64,000 nucleotides of DNA. It comes from Neodothiora populina. Taxonomy: Eukaryota. Under the pieces are notes generated by a model that saw nothing but the letters and a program-made list of their open reading frames with translations, ran no database searches and was not told where the DNA came from. Within the stretch, counting starts at the first letter, position 1. The number at the start of each line of letters is the position of its first letter. The position numbers and the translations under genes are program-made. Location: NCBI RefSeq assembly GCF_041146345.1, contig NW_027191415.1, positions 1,302,001-1,366,000 on the forward strand. Reading direction: 5' to 3'. This document shows positions 37,932 to 49,261 of this stretch, piece after piece.

Positions 37932-39116
37932 GACAGTGGTGACGGCCAGTCGCGATCACCGTTGAGAGCTGAGCTGAGAACCGCATAATTACAGCACGCT
38001 ATCGACGCATGTCGGGTGTCGTGGTCTTGAAGATGACAAAATGACGCGATAGGTTGACGTTGAGGTAGAGTACGGGGAACTATGTACATAGTCGGCGTAA
38101 TTTATCCAATCGGCGTTCTTAGTTTTTCCATTTTGCGGCGCTGTCACGAGGCTTAGCCCTTTTTTGAGTTCCGGCAGCGTAAGCCCCTCCCATCAGCCCA
38201 TGCTTGCGCCCACATACAGTAATGCGGGTGTCCCTGTTTCTCTACAGCAGCTGAATGCAGAAGACGGATAAGCCACCCTCTGACACAGTAGAGCATCCAT
38301 AACGAGTCGTGTCCGCCCGATTAGCCTCGATCGTGCGCAGCTGGGAGGCTCAGGCCATAACCTCAACTTGTTGAGCGGTAGTGCTGATGAGGGACCTTGT
38401 TACCACTCGCTCGCAGCCTGCCGCGCGACGCTCATCCTTACTATTTTAAGCTGATGTGCAGCAAACCCGGTAAGGAGCACGCTCAAGAAGGATCACCGTG
38501 TATGTCTGCTTGATTACACGACAGCCCATGTTTCTTCACGGTGTCAGCGCCTGAAACAGAAACAGGAGCCACGGAAGCCACGAAGCCACTGTAGCAGTAT
38601 GGTTACACAAGTCGGCACGTCTCACGCTTTGTGCCATCATCAGCGCGCGCTTACGATCCTTCGTGAAGTATATCTTCAGACGGCTTCTTTCCACAAAACC
38701 TCATCATCACCACGGTAGGCTGAGAGGTCATGGCTATCAAATTGTCGTGGAGACTCCAAGGCGTGCGTGAAGTTTTGATCGTTTTCCTCATCGTGACATT
38801 GTGAGACCACATGAAAACGTGTCATTGCGTCGACCAAAGATGCATAGCACTTTGTGTCGCATATGCGGCATGCAAGTTTCCCCCAAATCCCGATGCATTG
38901 TTCGGAACAGAAGGGAGCAATCCACCAGTTGTGATGACTTCAGAAGCAGTGTAACACAACAGGATTCACGTGGTAGAGGTAACCATGGACTTGGGAGCGG
39001 GGATTTGGTTCAGCGACTGAACACAATTACCGATCAGTGCTGTATTCGTGTTTCTTACTGCAGTGATCCGGAGGATCCTCTTATAATTCATTGGACTAAT
39101 GTCAAGTGTTTCTATT

Positions 39117-39887
39117 TCATGCACAAAACGATGGTTGAGAAAAGCAACTATATCGAATCTCACCCTCCAAGTGCCAATCTCCGTCTACACCTCGCCACCC
39201 CTCGTTCCAGGCGGCCTCGCCTCCATGGATCGCTTTCACGAGCTGAAGCATCGTGATTCCCGAAGGGTTTACCAATATGGGCGTGACATCGCGCTGACAT
39301 CCGCGTGTCAGGAAGAGCTCAGTGCACGGGGGCTGAGTGAGGTACATCTCGGTCCAAGATGGGATGTCGTTTTGTAACGTGGCTTCCATCGCTAGAATTG
39401 CAGATTCGGCAAAACTCACGGCTGCCGGTCTGGGCGGCGTGGCTGCTGGAAATGAGAGGGCCACGTTCCATGCCCACTGCAATGCGTCTTCCTTGTCGAT
39501 TGTGCCAGATTGAGAAGACGACGTGTTCGTGGGACGCTTGCCGACCTCAGTAACTTCTCGAGGAGCTAACTGCTTGCGTTGAAGAGGCTCCTTGTTCATA
39601 GACATGGTCGGGTAACGACCTTGTAAGACATGCCTGAGTAGGAGATTGTTGCGCGGTCTGTCTTGCGGCTCAAAGATCTTGTATCGCCGTGGGAAATCAG
39701 GTGCAAGAAATAACAACCGTCTTAGTCGGTTAGAAGATTGTATCAAGGTTCGCCAATAGCTGCAGACAAGCTGGACCCGAAGCAAGTCTTTGACAGAAGG
39801 ACGAGAGCCAAGGCAAAACAAGATCATCTCCAAGATCTCTGGCGTGCCAAGCGCGCGAATAGTAACTGTGCTGCTCTGCTCGACCAT
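39117..39887 (-). CDS. F-box domain protein (fast-evolving fungal type)
   Basis: ALGTPEILEMILFCL...KDLLRVQLVCSYWRTLIQSSNRLRRLLFL and the downstream SWTEMYLTQPP motif typical of this family. Confidence 0.75.
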   Translation of the reverse strand: MVEQSSTVTIRALGTPEILEMILFCLGSRPSVKDLLRVQLVCSYWRTLIQSSNRLRRLLFLAPDFPRRYKIFEPQDRPRNNLLLRHVLQGRYPTMSMNKEPLQRKQLAPREVTEVGKRPTNTSSSQSGTIDKEDALQWAWNVALSFPAATPPRPAAVSFAESAILAMEATLQNDIPSWTEMYLTQPPCTELFLTRGCQRDVTPILVNPSGITMLQLVKAIHGGEAAWNEGWRGVDGDWHLEGEIRYSCFSQPSFCA

Positions 39888-41443
39888 CTTGGCTAAGAGG
39901 GCAATACTTCAAGAATCTCGAGACCAAGGAAGATGGCTGACATGAGGCCTTAGCATTGGGAAGAGATATTGCTTACCATTAAATAGCTAGTAGCTGATCT
40001 GTAGATGCTCAGCTAAACCAACTCCGTAGCACTCCTTTGCCATATCAAAGAACGGTGTGCATACGCCTTCAAGTCGGCAAATCAGGTCAGCGTGGAATGG
40101 GGCCTAGGTAGATCAGATAAGAAGCCCTTTGAGAATCAGGTCAGGCCAACATTGTCACACTCTTCTAAAAATGGATGTTGCGGGAACGCCGGGCGCGCCT
40201 AATGCCACCACCAATCCCACCACCAAGCCTACCATAGTCCTACTCGCTGCTTGGGGAGACAATGTCCAAGTCAGCCTCGGCCTTTCATATGTCATCACCC
40301 TGGTCTGACGCTGATCTTGAGTCCTGTCCGAAGCTGGGACGGTGTGCTTGTGTGCCTTCTTATCCTACCTGGTGAGTAGCTCGGCGTATGCCACGAGGCT
40401 GGGTGAACTTTCTTTATTTTTAAGCGTCCATGGAAGAAGACCAAGAAGAAGCAGCAGGAGCAGCAGCAGCTGGGATGCTAGCGATTCATCACAGTATCGT
40501 AGTAAGGCTGCAAGGTAGGTGACATAGATTCATCTCAGATGCTGTGAGATTTCTACAAACTGCCATCTGGTGAGATAAGACCACCAGTCTCTTACGTTTG
40601 ATTGGTCTGATTGATGGTAGGAAGAAAGACCAGGACCCGCTGGAAAGTGCCAGGTAAGGCCACCCCTCAGAAGTTGATCTGACATATAGGAACATGCAGG
40701 GTGAAGGACATGCTCGGCCACAGGAGTATATCGGCGTACTCGCAGGGCCATAAGACAAGCAAGGTTCTAGAAGGCTTGGGGGAGGCCAGAGGAACCTGGA
40801 TAATGGAATGTCACCTTATACGGAGGGACTGGTTCCGGGTAGACCATATTGGATACGAACATCTGTTTGGAACCGGGGCGACAACTCCCATGACCCCAAT
40901 GACTTGCAGCGAGGCTGATTCGCATAATAAGACGCCTGATACAAATATAGTAGTGCAGAGTACTAGATTACCTAGATTTGCTGCTGCGTCGAGCAGGAGG
41001 GGGCGTCTAGGCCATTCATGTGGCAGGGACAGGCGAAGTCGAACCACAGCGTACTGAAATATCCGACTGCGTCTGGGCAGGAGCTTGCAAGACGCCGATG
41101 GAATTTACTTCGTCGTACACCCTCTCATGCCCAGCCTAGCTTAGTGCAACATTCAGCTCGAGGGAGGGGAGCCACAAGACTAGGAGGAGCCAGATGAGCT
41201 GTATTTGCAACTGATGGCTGAGTGATTGGGTTACCTACCAGTGTGGCCAAGGAAAAAGAGGTTCGTCCGAGTTCATCATGCCGAAGTCATCTTTCACCAC
41301 TAGAACGGAGCTTTTGTGTCAGACAGAAAACTTCGATGCAGATGAGGCTATCATGTAAAGATCCGTTGTTGCATGGCAGATGTGCAAATGTTTATCATGA
41401 TCAAGTACTATAGATAACGTTCAGATCCGATCAAGATCTTGCA

Positions 41444-41479
41444 GATCCGACGCGTCGGATCGCGTACGCGACGCGGAAA
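41444..41479. promoter_or_regulatory. Cluster of MCB-like (ACGCGT/CGCG) elements upstream of the IRC5/LSH gene
   Basis: Perfect 18-bp palindrome GATCCGACGCGTCGGATC followed by CGCGTACGCG and ACGCGGAAA, ~210-245 bp before the ATG at 41688. Confidence 0.5.
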
Positions 41480-41687
41480 CGAGATGCCGTCATTGATATT
41501 TGTATATTCAACATCGCAATACAAAGAGATTAATCCAATACAACAAACATACGCAATATTTGTAATACATCACAATACAAACATCAATACAGGATTGACT
41601 AGTTCAAGTATTTGTGTACATCTTGGTAGATTGTCGAACCAATTGTGCCTTCAAGATCTCAAGTAGAAAGATTACTGGATAACAACC

Positions 41688-44405
41688 ATGGTTGCCAAAA
41701 AGTCAAGAACGCCAATTGAGGTGAATGAAACAGCAGACGAAACATCTTCTGAAACGCCTCAGAATGGGAATGAGGTTTCCGCGACTATGGAGGCAGAGGA
41801 AGCCAATATGGCAGCTGCACGCGCGAAACTTGAATCGAAGCGTGAGGCTGCACTAGAGTCAGAACGCGAGAAAGACATGGAAGGAGGCGAGGAAGTTGTT
41901 GGCACAAAGTTCAAAGCATTGGAATATCTATTGAGTCAGAGCAAGTTGTACAGCACTATCATGTTGCAGCAAATGCAGAAGCAGGAAGAGGCCGATGAAG
42001 CAAAAGACGAACGGGGCAAAAAGAGGGCCGCGGCAAGAGAAGAGAAAGCAGAAAAAGCTGCCGAGGCTGGACAAAAGAGAGCCACGCGTGCTGCTGCCAG
42101 GACTGAGAGCATAGCTGAGGGAGTTGTTGATGAAAATGCTAACAAACCTGACAAAGGGAGGAGAGGACGTGGAAGGCCTGCTAAAAATACTCCTCGAAAG
42201 ACTGGCAAGATATCCGATTATATCAAGAAGGAAGACATACAAGAGAAGGCTAGCAATGCATCCATTAATGAAGCTCTCAAAGAGGAAGCAGATGACAGCA
42301 TTAAACCTGGAGACATTGGTGTTCAAAATCTACGCTCTGCAAAACAGCCAGATCTTGTCAGCGGCGGACTGATGCGTACTTATCAGCTTGAAGGGTTGGA
42401 ATGGCTGACTTCCTTGTACGAGAATGGGCTGAATGGTATCCTGGCGGACGAGATGGGTCTGGGTAAGACGGTGCAGACCATCTCGTTCTTGGCATTCCTA
42501 CGGGAGCGAGGCATATATGGACCTTTCCTGATCGCCGCTCCTCTGAGTACCACTAGCAATTGGGTCGCCGAGTTCAAGAGATGGACTCCGAAGATCCCGG
42601 TTGTCCTCTATCATGGCTCAAAACCTGAGCGGGAAGAGATCCGTCGTAAAAAGTTCAAGAATCCTGGAAGCCAGGACTTCCCGGTCATTTGTACTTCATA
42701 TGAGATTTGCATGAACGATCGCAAATTTCTCGGCAATTATGGCTGGAAGTTCATCATAATTGACGAAGGTCATCGCATCAAGAACCTCAACTGTCGACTG
42801 ATTCGGGAGTTGCAGAGCTATCAATCTGCCAACCGCTTGCTCATTACTGGAACGCCGCTGCAAAACAATCTCACGGAGCTATGGTCGCTCTTGCACTTCC
42901 TTATGCCTACGATCTTTGACAAGTTAGAGTCCTTCGAGTCGTGGTTCGACTTTTCCGCACTGAATGAACGGAACGGGTATCAGCAGATCTTGTCCGAGGA
43001 GCGAAAGAAGAGCCTGGTCTCATCCTTGCACGCGATTCTCAAGCCTTTTCTACTACGACGTGTAAAAGCCGACGTGGAGACCAGTCTACCGAAGAAGCGA
43101 GAATACATTCTTTATGCTCCTTTAACGCAGACCCAACAAGAGCTCTACCAAGAGATCCTCGACGGCAATAGCCGCGCGTATCTTGAGAACAAGGCCGTCG
43201 AGTCCATGACCGCCACAGCCACGCCTACAAGCGCACGCAGTAGGAGTCTGAAGCGCAAAGCGCTCGAAGGGTCTGCCACCCCCATGAAAAGCGCAAAGAC
43301 GAGCCGGGCATCAACGCCCGCCACAAACGACAGCACTCGTTCTCGTCGTGCGAAGAAAGGCCAAAATTACGAGGAGTTGTCGGATCGAGACTACTTCAAG
43401 CAGCTGTCATCTCCAGCGCCCACCGACGCCGATACTGCGGCCGAAGAGCCCGATAGCGAAGAGCTAGAAGAACAAGAACGAGCACACACTCTGACTTTGG
43501 CCAAACGCCAGATAGGCACCAAGAAACTGCAAAACCCCATCATCCAACTTCGCCTGTGCTGCAATTCGCCCCATAATTTCTACTATCCCTTCAGCGCCGA
43601 GGACGAGAGCGACGTCGACCAAACACTAATCACCGAGAGCGGCAAAATGATGCTTCTGGACCGCTTACTACCAGAGCTCCTAGAAAAAGGCCACAAAGTC
43701 CTGATATTCTCACAATTCAAGACACAGCTCGACCTTCTCGAGACCTACTGTCGAGTGTTGAAGGACTACCCCTGCTGCCGCATCGACGGCTCGATCCCGC
43801 AATCAGAACGCCAGGAGCAGATCCTCGCATTCAACTCTCCAGACAGCGACACCAACGTCTTCCTCCTGAGCACACGTGCAGGCGGCCAGGGCATCAACCT
43901 CGCCTCGGCGGACACCGTCCTCTTGTTCGACAGCGACTGGAACCCACAGCAGGACCTGCAAGCCCAGGACCGCGCCCACAGAATCGGCCAGACCAGACCG
44001 GTCATCGTGTATCGCTTCGCGACCCGCGGAACCGTCGAAAGCATGTTACTCGAAAAAGCCGACTCGAAGCGCCGGCTCGAGAAACTCGTCATCCAAAAGG
44101 GCAGGTTCAGGAAAGACATGAATGGGTCTTCTTCAGGCAGTGGCAGCGCAAACGGCGTCACGGGAGCCGATTTCAAGGAATTGCAGAGATTGTTGGCGAG
44201 AGACGATGGGGAGAGTTATGATGTGCAGGGCGGGGCCGACGGACAGCAGTTGCTCAGTGATGAGGACCTGAAGACGTTGACGGATCGTAGCGAGGAGGCG
44301 TTCACGCGCGCCGAGCAAGGCTTGGATGCTGACAAGAGTTCTGTTTTCAAGGCTGTTGAGACAAAGGCTAATGGAGAGGGTTTTCTCGAGGCTATGAGCA
44401 AGTGA
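41688..44405 (+). CDS. IRC5: SNF2-family chromatin remodeler of the LSH/HELLS/DDM1 (Irc5) subfamily
   Basis: LYENGLNGILADEMGLGKT, DEGHRIKNLNCRLIREL, LLITGTPLQNNLTELWSLL, LLSTRAGGQGINL, FDSDWNPQQDLQAQDRAHRIGQ and KRRLEKLVI. N-terminal LEYLLSQSKLYS; no bromo, chromo or SANT domain. Confidence 0.88.
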   Translation: MVAKKSRTPIEVNETADETSSETPQNGNEVSATMEAEEANMAAARAKLESKREAALESEREKDMEGGEEVVGTKFKALEYLLSQSKLYSTIMLQQMQKQEEADEAKDERGKKRAAAREEKAEKAAEAGQKRATRAAARTESIAEGVVDENANKPDKGRRGRGRPAKNTPRKTGKISDYIKKEDIQEKASNASINEALKEEADDSIKPGDIGVQNLRSAKQPDLVSGGLMRTYQLEGLEWLTSLYENGLNGILADEMGLGKTVQTISFLAFLRERGIYGPFLIAAPLSTTSNWVAEFKRWTPKIPVVLYHGSKPEREEIRRKKFKNPGSQDFPVICTSYEICMNDRKFLGNYGWKFIIIDEGHRIKNLNCRLIRELQSYQSANRLLITGTPLQNNLTELWSLLHFLMPTIFDKLESFESWFDFSALNERNGYQQILSEERKKSLVSSLHAILKPFLLRRVKADVETSLPKKREYILYAPLTQTQQELYQEILDGNSRAYLENKAVESMTATATPTSARSRSLKRKALEGSATPMKSAKTSRASTPATNDSTRSRRAKKGQNYEELSDRDYFKQLSSPAPTDADTAAEEPDSEELEEQERAHTLTLAKRQIGTKKLQNPIIQLRLCCNSPHNFYYPFSAEDESDVDQTLITESGKMMLLDRLLPELLEKGHKVLIFSQFKTQLDLLETYCRVLKDYPCCRIDGSIPQSERQEQILAFNSPDSDTNVFLLSTRAGGQGINLASADTVLLFDSDWNPQQDLQAQDRAHRIGQTRPVIVYRFATRGTVESMLLEKADSKRRLEKLVIQKGRFRKDMNGSSSGSGSANGVTGADFKELQRLLARDDGESYDVQGGADGQQLLSDEDLKTLTDRSEEAFTRAEQGLDADKSSVFKAVETKANGEGFLEAMSK

Positions 44406-44827
44406 GGCACGGACAGGGTCACGTTGACTTGGCGCTCTGACACTACCACTTGTCTAATTCCGGCAATGGATCACATGTCACAGAAACCTCCATGAATAGG
44501 TGCATGTTTTGTCATATACGAGTAATTTACATAGAAATCTAAAAAGGATTATTACATATTGTCTAAAATTTCTGCCTCGACGTCCTCGCGCGTCTGCTGG
44601 CCGTCATCCATCGGTAACCCTTCATGCGTCGGAGACGCTACAATGATGATGATGATGATGATGATCTCATGTCATGTCATGTCATGTCGTTGCCATCCTG
44701 GAAAGAAGATCATGAATCAAGAGCTTTCAAATCTGTACAAACATCTACAAAATGGTGAACAAGACACGTTCTATCCCCCAGAGAATGAATGGTCGAATCA
44801 CGGCGTCCCTCATGATCGTTTTTCCCT

Positions 44828-46748
44828 TTACTTCCTCGCCAAACTGCTTCGTTGCCTGAAATAAGCTCCGAAGAAATAGATGACATAGATGAGAGCGACG
44901 ATGCCAAAGGAGATGAAGCCGAGAGTGGCGAACGCCCATTTCGTGGACATATTCTCGAACATGGCGACACCGGCGTGGCAGAGTGCGGTTGCGATGAGGA
45001 AGGATGGGATGAGGAAGGCGGCGATTGCTGATGCAGCCACGTTCGGGTATGAGTCTTGAAGAGGGTCAGTACTGACGGTCGCCCACGAAATGACGCAATT
45101 CACGAATTTGACTTACCAGTGATGTAGTTTAGCATACTGAGCCAGAGCAGAGGGTCGCAGAATCCAAGGAAACCACCGGCGACGATGGGACTCCAGTAGC
45201 TGGTGGTGCCATCCGAGGTGAATGCGAACCAGAGGAGAGAGATAGGGAAACCCCAGACGAAGACCAGAGAGGTGATGAAACGAGCTTCGGGGCGTCCCTT
45301 GCCGCCATTTCTCAATCGATCTCTTCTGAAGAACCAGGTTTGTACAGGGACGAACAGGAACATGCAGAGCACACCAGGTACGAAATTCAGGTAGGCTGGG
45401 GAGAAGTCATCAGTCATGCGTATACGAGTCAGGTCGTGAGTTGCCACTTACTCAAGTCAGCCGAAACAACGGATAGGCCATTGTTGACAGCGAAAACGTC
45501 GTAGACACCATCCAGATAGAGGAAAAGTAGACCATAGGCGAATCCGTTGTAGAGACCGAGGAGCATGACGATGGGCTGAGTGACCATAATTCTGGCGGTC
45601 ATCGTAGTGACGAACTTTAACTCGCTCAAAACGTTGACCTTGGCTTCTGCGACTTGCATCTCCTGGGGATCGGTAGCCTCACCCTTCTTTACGGCCCTCG
45701 AGATGACGATCCGGGGAAGAGTTTCGGGGATGAAACACATGATCAATGCGTAGGCACCGCCGATGATGATGCTAAGTGAAGTCAGCACTGATAAGTAATG
45801 TGAAGGCGGTCATTCTGCTGACTTGATGTAGAAGATCCAGCGCCAGCTCAAGTTGGGGTTATCTACGATCCATGCACCGACAGGACTGCCGATCTGCGCA
45901 CCAATCAGCATCGTACTCAAATCACACGATGAAAACGTGGAAGTCTCACGGATGGACCAATGTTTGCAGAGCACACAAACATCGCCATGGCTTGTCCCGC
46001 GCTATCTCGGTCGCCAAACATGTCCGCGATGGTACCAGCGACGTTGGACAAAGCTGTAGATCCAGTGAAGCCAATCAAGAACATGAAGATGATGAGCATA
46101 GGAAGATTGATGGCACGAGCTGTTCCAACGTTCAGGACTGCGTAGAGGAAGATGGAGACGACATAGATCCATTTTCTACCACCCTTTGAGGAAATTAGTA
46201 AGGTTCTCATAGCTGTGCCTTTGATTGCGACGTACAATATCCGCCAAAGGTCCGAGGAAAATGGGTCCGATTGCAGTGCCAAGAACGAACATGGACTGGC
46301 CGAGAGTGATGACTTGGGTACTGGCAGGATAGTCATCGCCAATGTTGTACTCGGCAGAGACATAAGTAGTAGAAGTCAATGTCACGAATGCTTGCAGGGA
46401 GCAGTACAACAATGCGATACTCCATCGCTTCCAGGCAGGCCAGTGCTGTACAAACAATCAAGCTTAGTATTGGAGAATGCGCAACGTATTGCAATATATG
46501 TACCATTGGATGATGGGGATCCTGAATGACTCAACGTTAGCTGATTGAAGTGACATACTTCGCGGCGGCCGCAGAAATGTACACACCCGTTCCTCTACGA
46601 CTTCGAGAGCGGCCAGCGTCTCGTCGCGACCCATGGCCATGCTGCCGCGGCCATGATGGTGACCCTTCGCAGCCTCGTCAGGATGGAATGCTTCCGCATC
46701 CTTGTCGTCGTAGACGTCGCCGCGCGAGGACCGTGGAGGTAAGGACAT
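44828..46748 (-). CDS. MFS drug:H+ antiporter, 12-TM DHA1 family; multi-exon including an 18-nt microexon (46521-46504)
   Basis: DPHHPM|HWPAWKRW, GPIFLGPLAD..GGRKWIY, NVAGTIADMF, WRWIFY, FIPETLP, PEARF and RQRSSLARK*. GT-AG introns link the ORF fragments. Confidence 0.88.
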
Positions 46749-49261
46749 CTTGTCGGCGGATAGGGAAGCTGGAGGGCTATTTTTTAGAAGCAGAAGCTGC
46801 TTCGGATGATTTTATCTCTGCGACAGATGGTCACCTATAACATCACAACCAACAAAAAAGATGCGCGCGCGGAAGAGGAGCAATCAGAGGAGATGTAGGT
46901 GCGCGCGCATCATCATCATAAAAAAAGCTCATCAGACAGAAGGGTGCAGACTATTCCCGAGCGCCGAGACGCAGGGTGCACATCATCGAGCCGTGAGCCG
47001 TTCCCTCCCGGATAACGATCCATGCTTTCTCGAACGGAGTAAGGTTTAGGAAACAAGTGGGTTAGGGCCTTGCTCAAGACACTGCATTGGATTGGTTGAC
47101 GGCGAGTGCCTATCAGTTGACATCTCGAACAGATAATTCTATTGTGTCCCATCCACGCCTTGTGGCTTATAGGTCAAGGCTTCAAGAGGCAGGTGCCCGG
47201 ATAGTGCTTACGGTAGAGTACCTTCAGGCGAGGTGGCAGTCAGAAATGGTTGCCACCCATGAGCTAAGCTCATGGCGGCTGTGCGGCCATTTTCGACTTG
47301 TCGTAGAGCGCCAGAAAGCCCTACAACGACCTATTAGGCGACCTCGGTATCACGCTCGTATAGAAAAAAGACCTAATTTATGACACTTCTACATACAAGC
47401 ACATCATCACATCTGCATAGTGACCGGAGCCGGAAAACGCAACACAGTATTGCTTGTAGTCAGTTAAATTCTCCCAAAGTTTGAAAGTCCCAATTGCTTG
47501 CACTGCTTGGCCGAGGCTTGATTGGAACTGTGCAATGCTTGTCGAAGCGCCACTGACGCTCTCGTGGCGTGAAATAAGCATCGTCTCTACGATGAACAGC
47601 GATTACAATCATGAACCATCGCTCGCATGTGCAAAAAAGCACATATCAATAGCGGGTTGATACGCTTTCTGATCCGCATATTGGCAGCAAAAACAGCTTT
47701 GTCGAAGTATCTGGTCACTCGTGTTGCACCACTGGGAACACTATCCTTGGTTTCCGCTGCCCTATAACGTAAGGCTCGGCAAATTTGGAGCTAGAACTCC
47801 ACGTGCGACGCTCAGGATGCGCTGGCGCCGGCCCTGCTCCTTCCGTCATCCGACCTTATTACCTATTGTCTTTACAGTAGAGTATGTTTCCCCGTCAGAT
47901 AGATCTCCCACAATTCGTAAGGGTCCTTTAAGAGAGAGATAGCAATACGGCGACCTCCACGACCACAGATCACAATGCGTCGAAGTGTCGACAGACGAGA
48001 TATGTCATCCGCACCAGAATCCTTCCAACGTCAGCACCGCCGAAAGCACACTTGACCACTTCGGAATAACGTACAGGAGTGTTCTGTGTAAGCGAAACAC
48101 TAATCTTTACGAGACCAATACCACAAGGTGACGTGCTGTGCAGCAAGTCTGGGTCTTTGGCTTTCTCCGTCAAAGATCAAGGACAGAAATGTATTTAAGG
48201 TTTGACCTGAAGCCACTTGACATTGTTGTCGCTGTGGTCCTTGCCATTCATCTTAGATGACTCGTTCTCTGGGCAGGTCACTACAGCTGGTCAAGGAACC
48301 ACAGTATTCGGTACTCTATGCTGAATAAGTCTCAATTGCTCTTGGGGTGTAGAACGCTTGTGTGTCGGAGTTTCTCAAAACCTCGTGATGTCAAGTGTGG
48401 TTGGCAAGGGTCTGAGAGCGAACCATGCCTGACAGTGATTCCAACGCCTGTCGATCACGGATGGAGATGCCAATCATGGCCCGGCTCCGTAGGCGTACAT
48501 ATGGTTCCTGGTCTATCGAGAAGTCTGGCTCTGGACTTACAGTAGCACTGGAAGAAGGGGAGAGGTTCATGCATTCTGAACAAGAGGTGCAAAAGCCTGA
48601 TAACAATACCTAGTCTGATCTCATACAAAAGGCCTCCCATGTTTGTAGAGGAATGCAGGACCGCACTTGATGAACTATTCTACTGCCTCTCGAGTCATGG
48701 AACGGCCAGGGTTGCCGCGTCGAAGCTCACACTTTTGAAGCCCGGGCAAGGAATACAAACAGAGGTAAATTCGCCAGTACAAGAGTCAAGGGCCAGGGCA
48801 GCTACTTGCATGTGGACACATCAAGACATGCACCGAGTGGTCAGCTCTAATTAATATAAGAAAGAAAGGCAAGGCAAGGTAGGTCAGGCACAGGCACTGG
48901 CACAGGTAGGTGAAGATGCGGAGACGGAGGTTACCGCAGAGCCGCAGGGAGCGTCATCTATCATCTCTCATCTCTCATCTCTCCACTCATCTCCCCGGGA
49001 GCCCAAAGCGAAGGGAGAGCAAGTAACCAACAGCTATTCTTTTGATACCGTATCTTACCTTACATCAGACAATCTACGAAACCGCCATCTCTCCAGCCCC
49101 TTGTGACAGACTCAAATAAAAATTCAATTATCCGATCCAGTTTGAACAAAAAGGAGCGCCGCGCGACCGAAACAGAAGGAGCCCGACCCGGCCCGGACGA
49201 ACACCTGTACCACGTCTCGACCACACCTCTACCACATCGCAGACACCAACAATAAACAAAC

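Noticed and set aside
38170..38200. GGGGCTTAC (minus strand) resembling RNase MRP/P CR-V
   Set aside because: I found no matching CR-I (GAAAGTCCCC-like) element at a suitable distance.
40170..40490. Leu-rich signal-peptide-like stretch on the minus strand
   Set aside because: Derived from CTG/CTT repeats; no in-frame ATG and no convincing downstream ORF.
47944..47973. ATACGGCGACC resembling an Illumina P5 adapter
   Set aside because: Only ~11 nt match and the sequence then diverges; compatible with chance.
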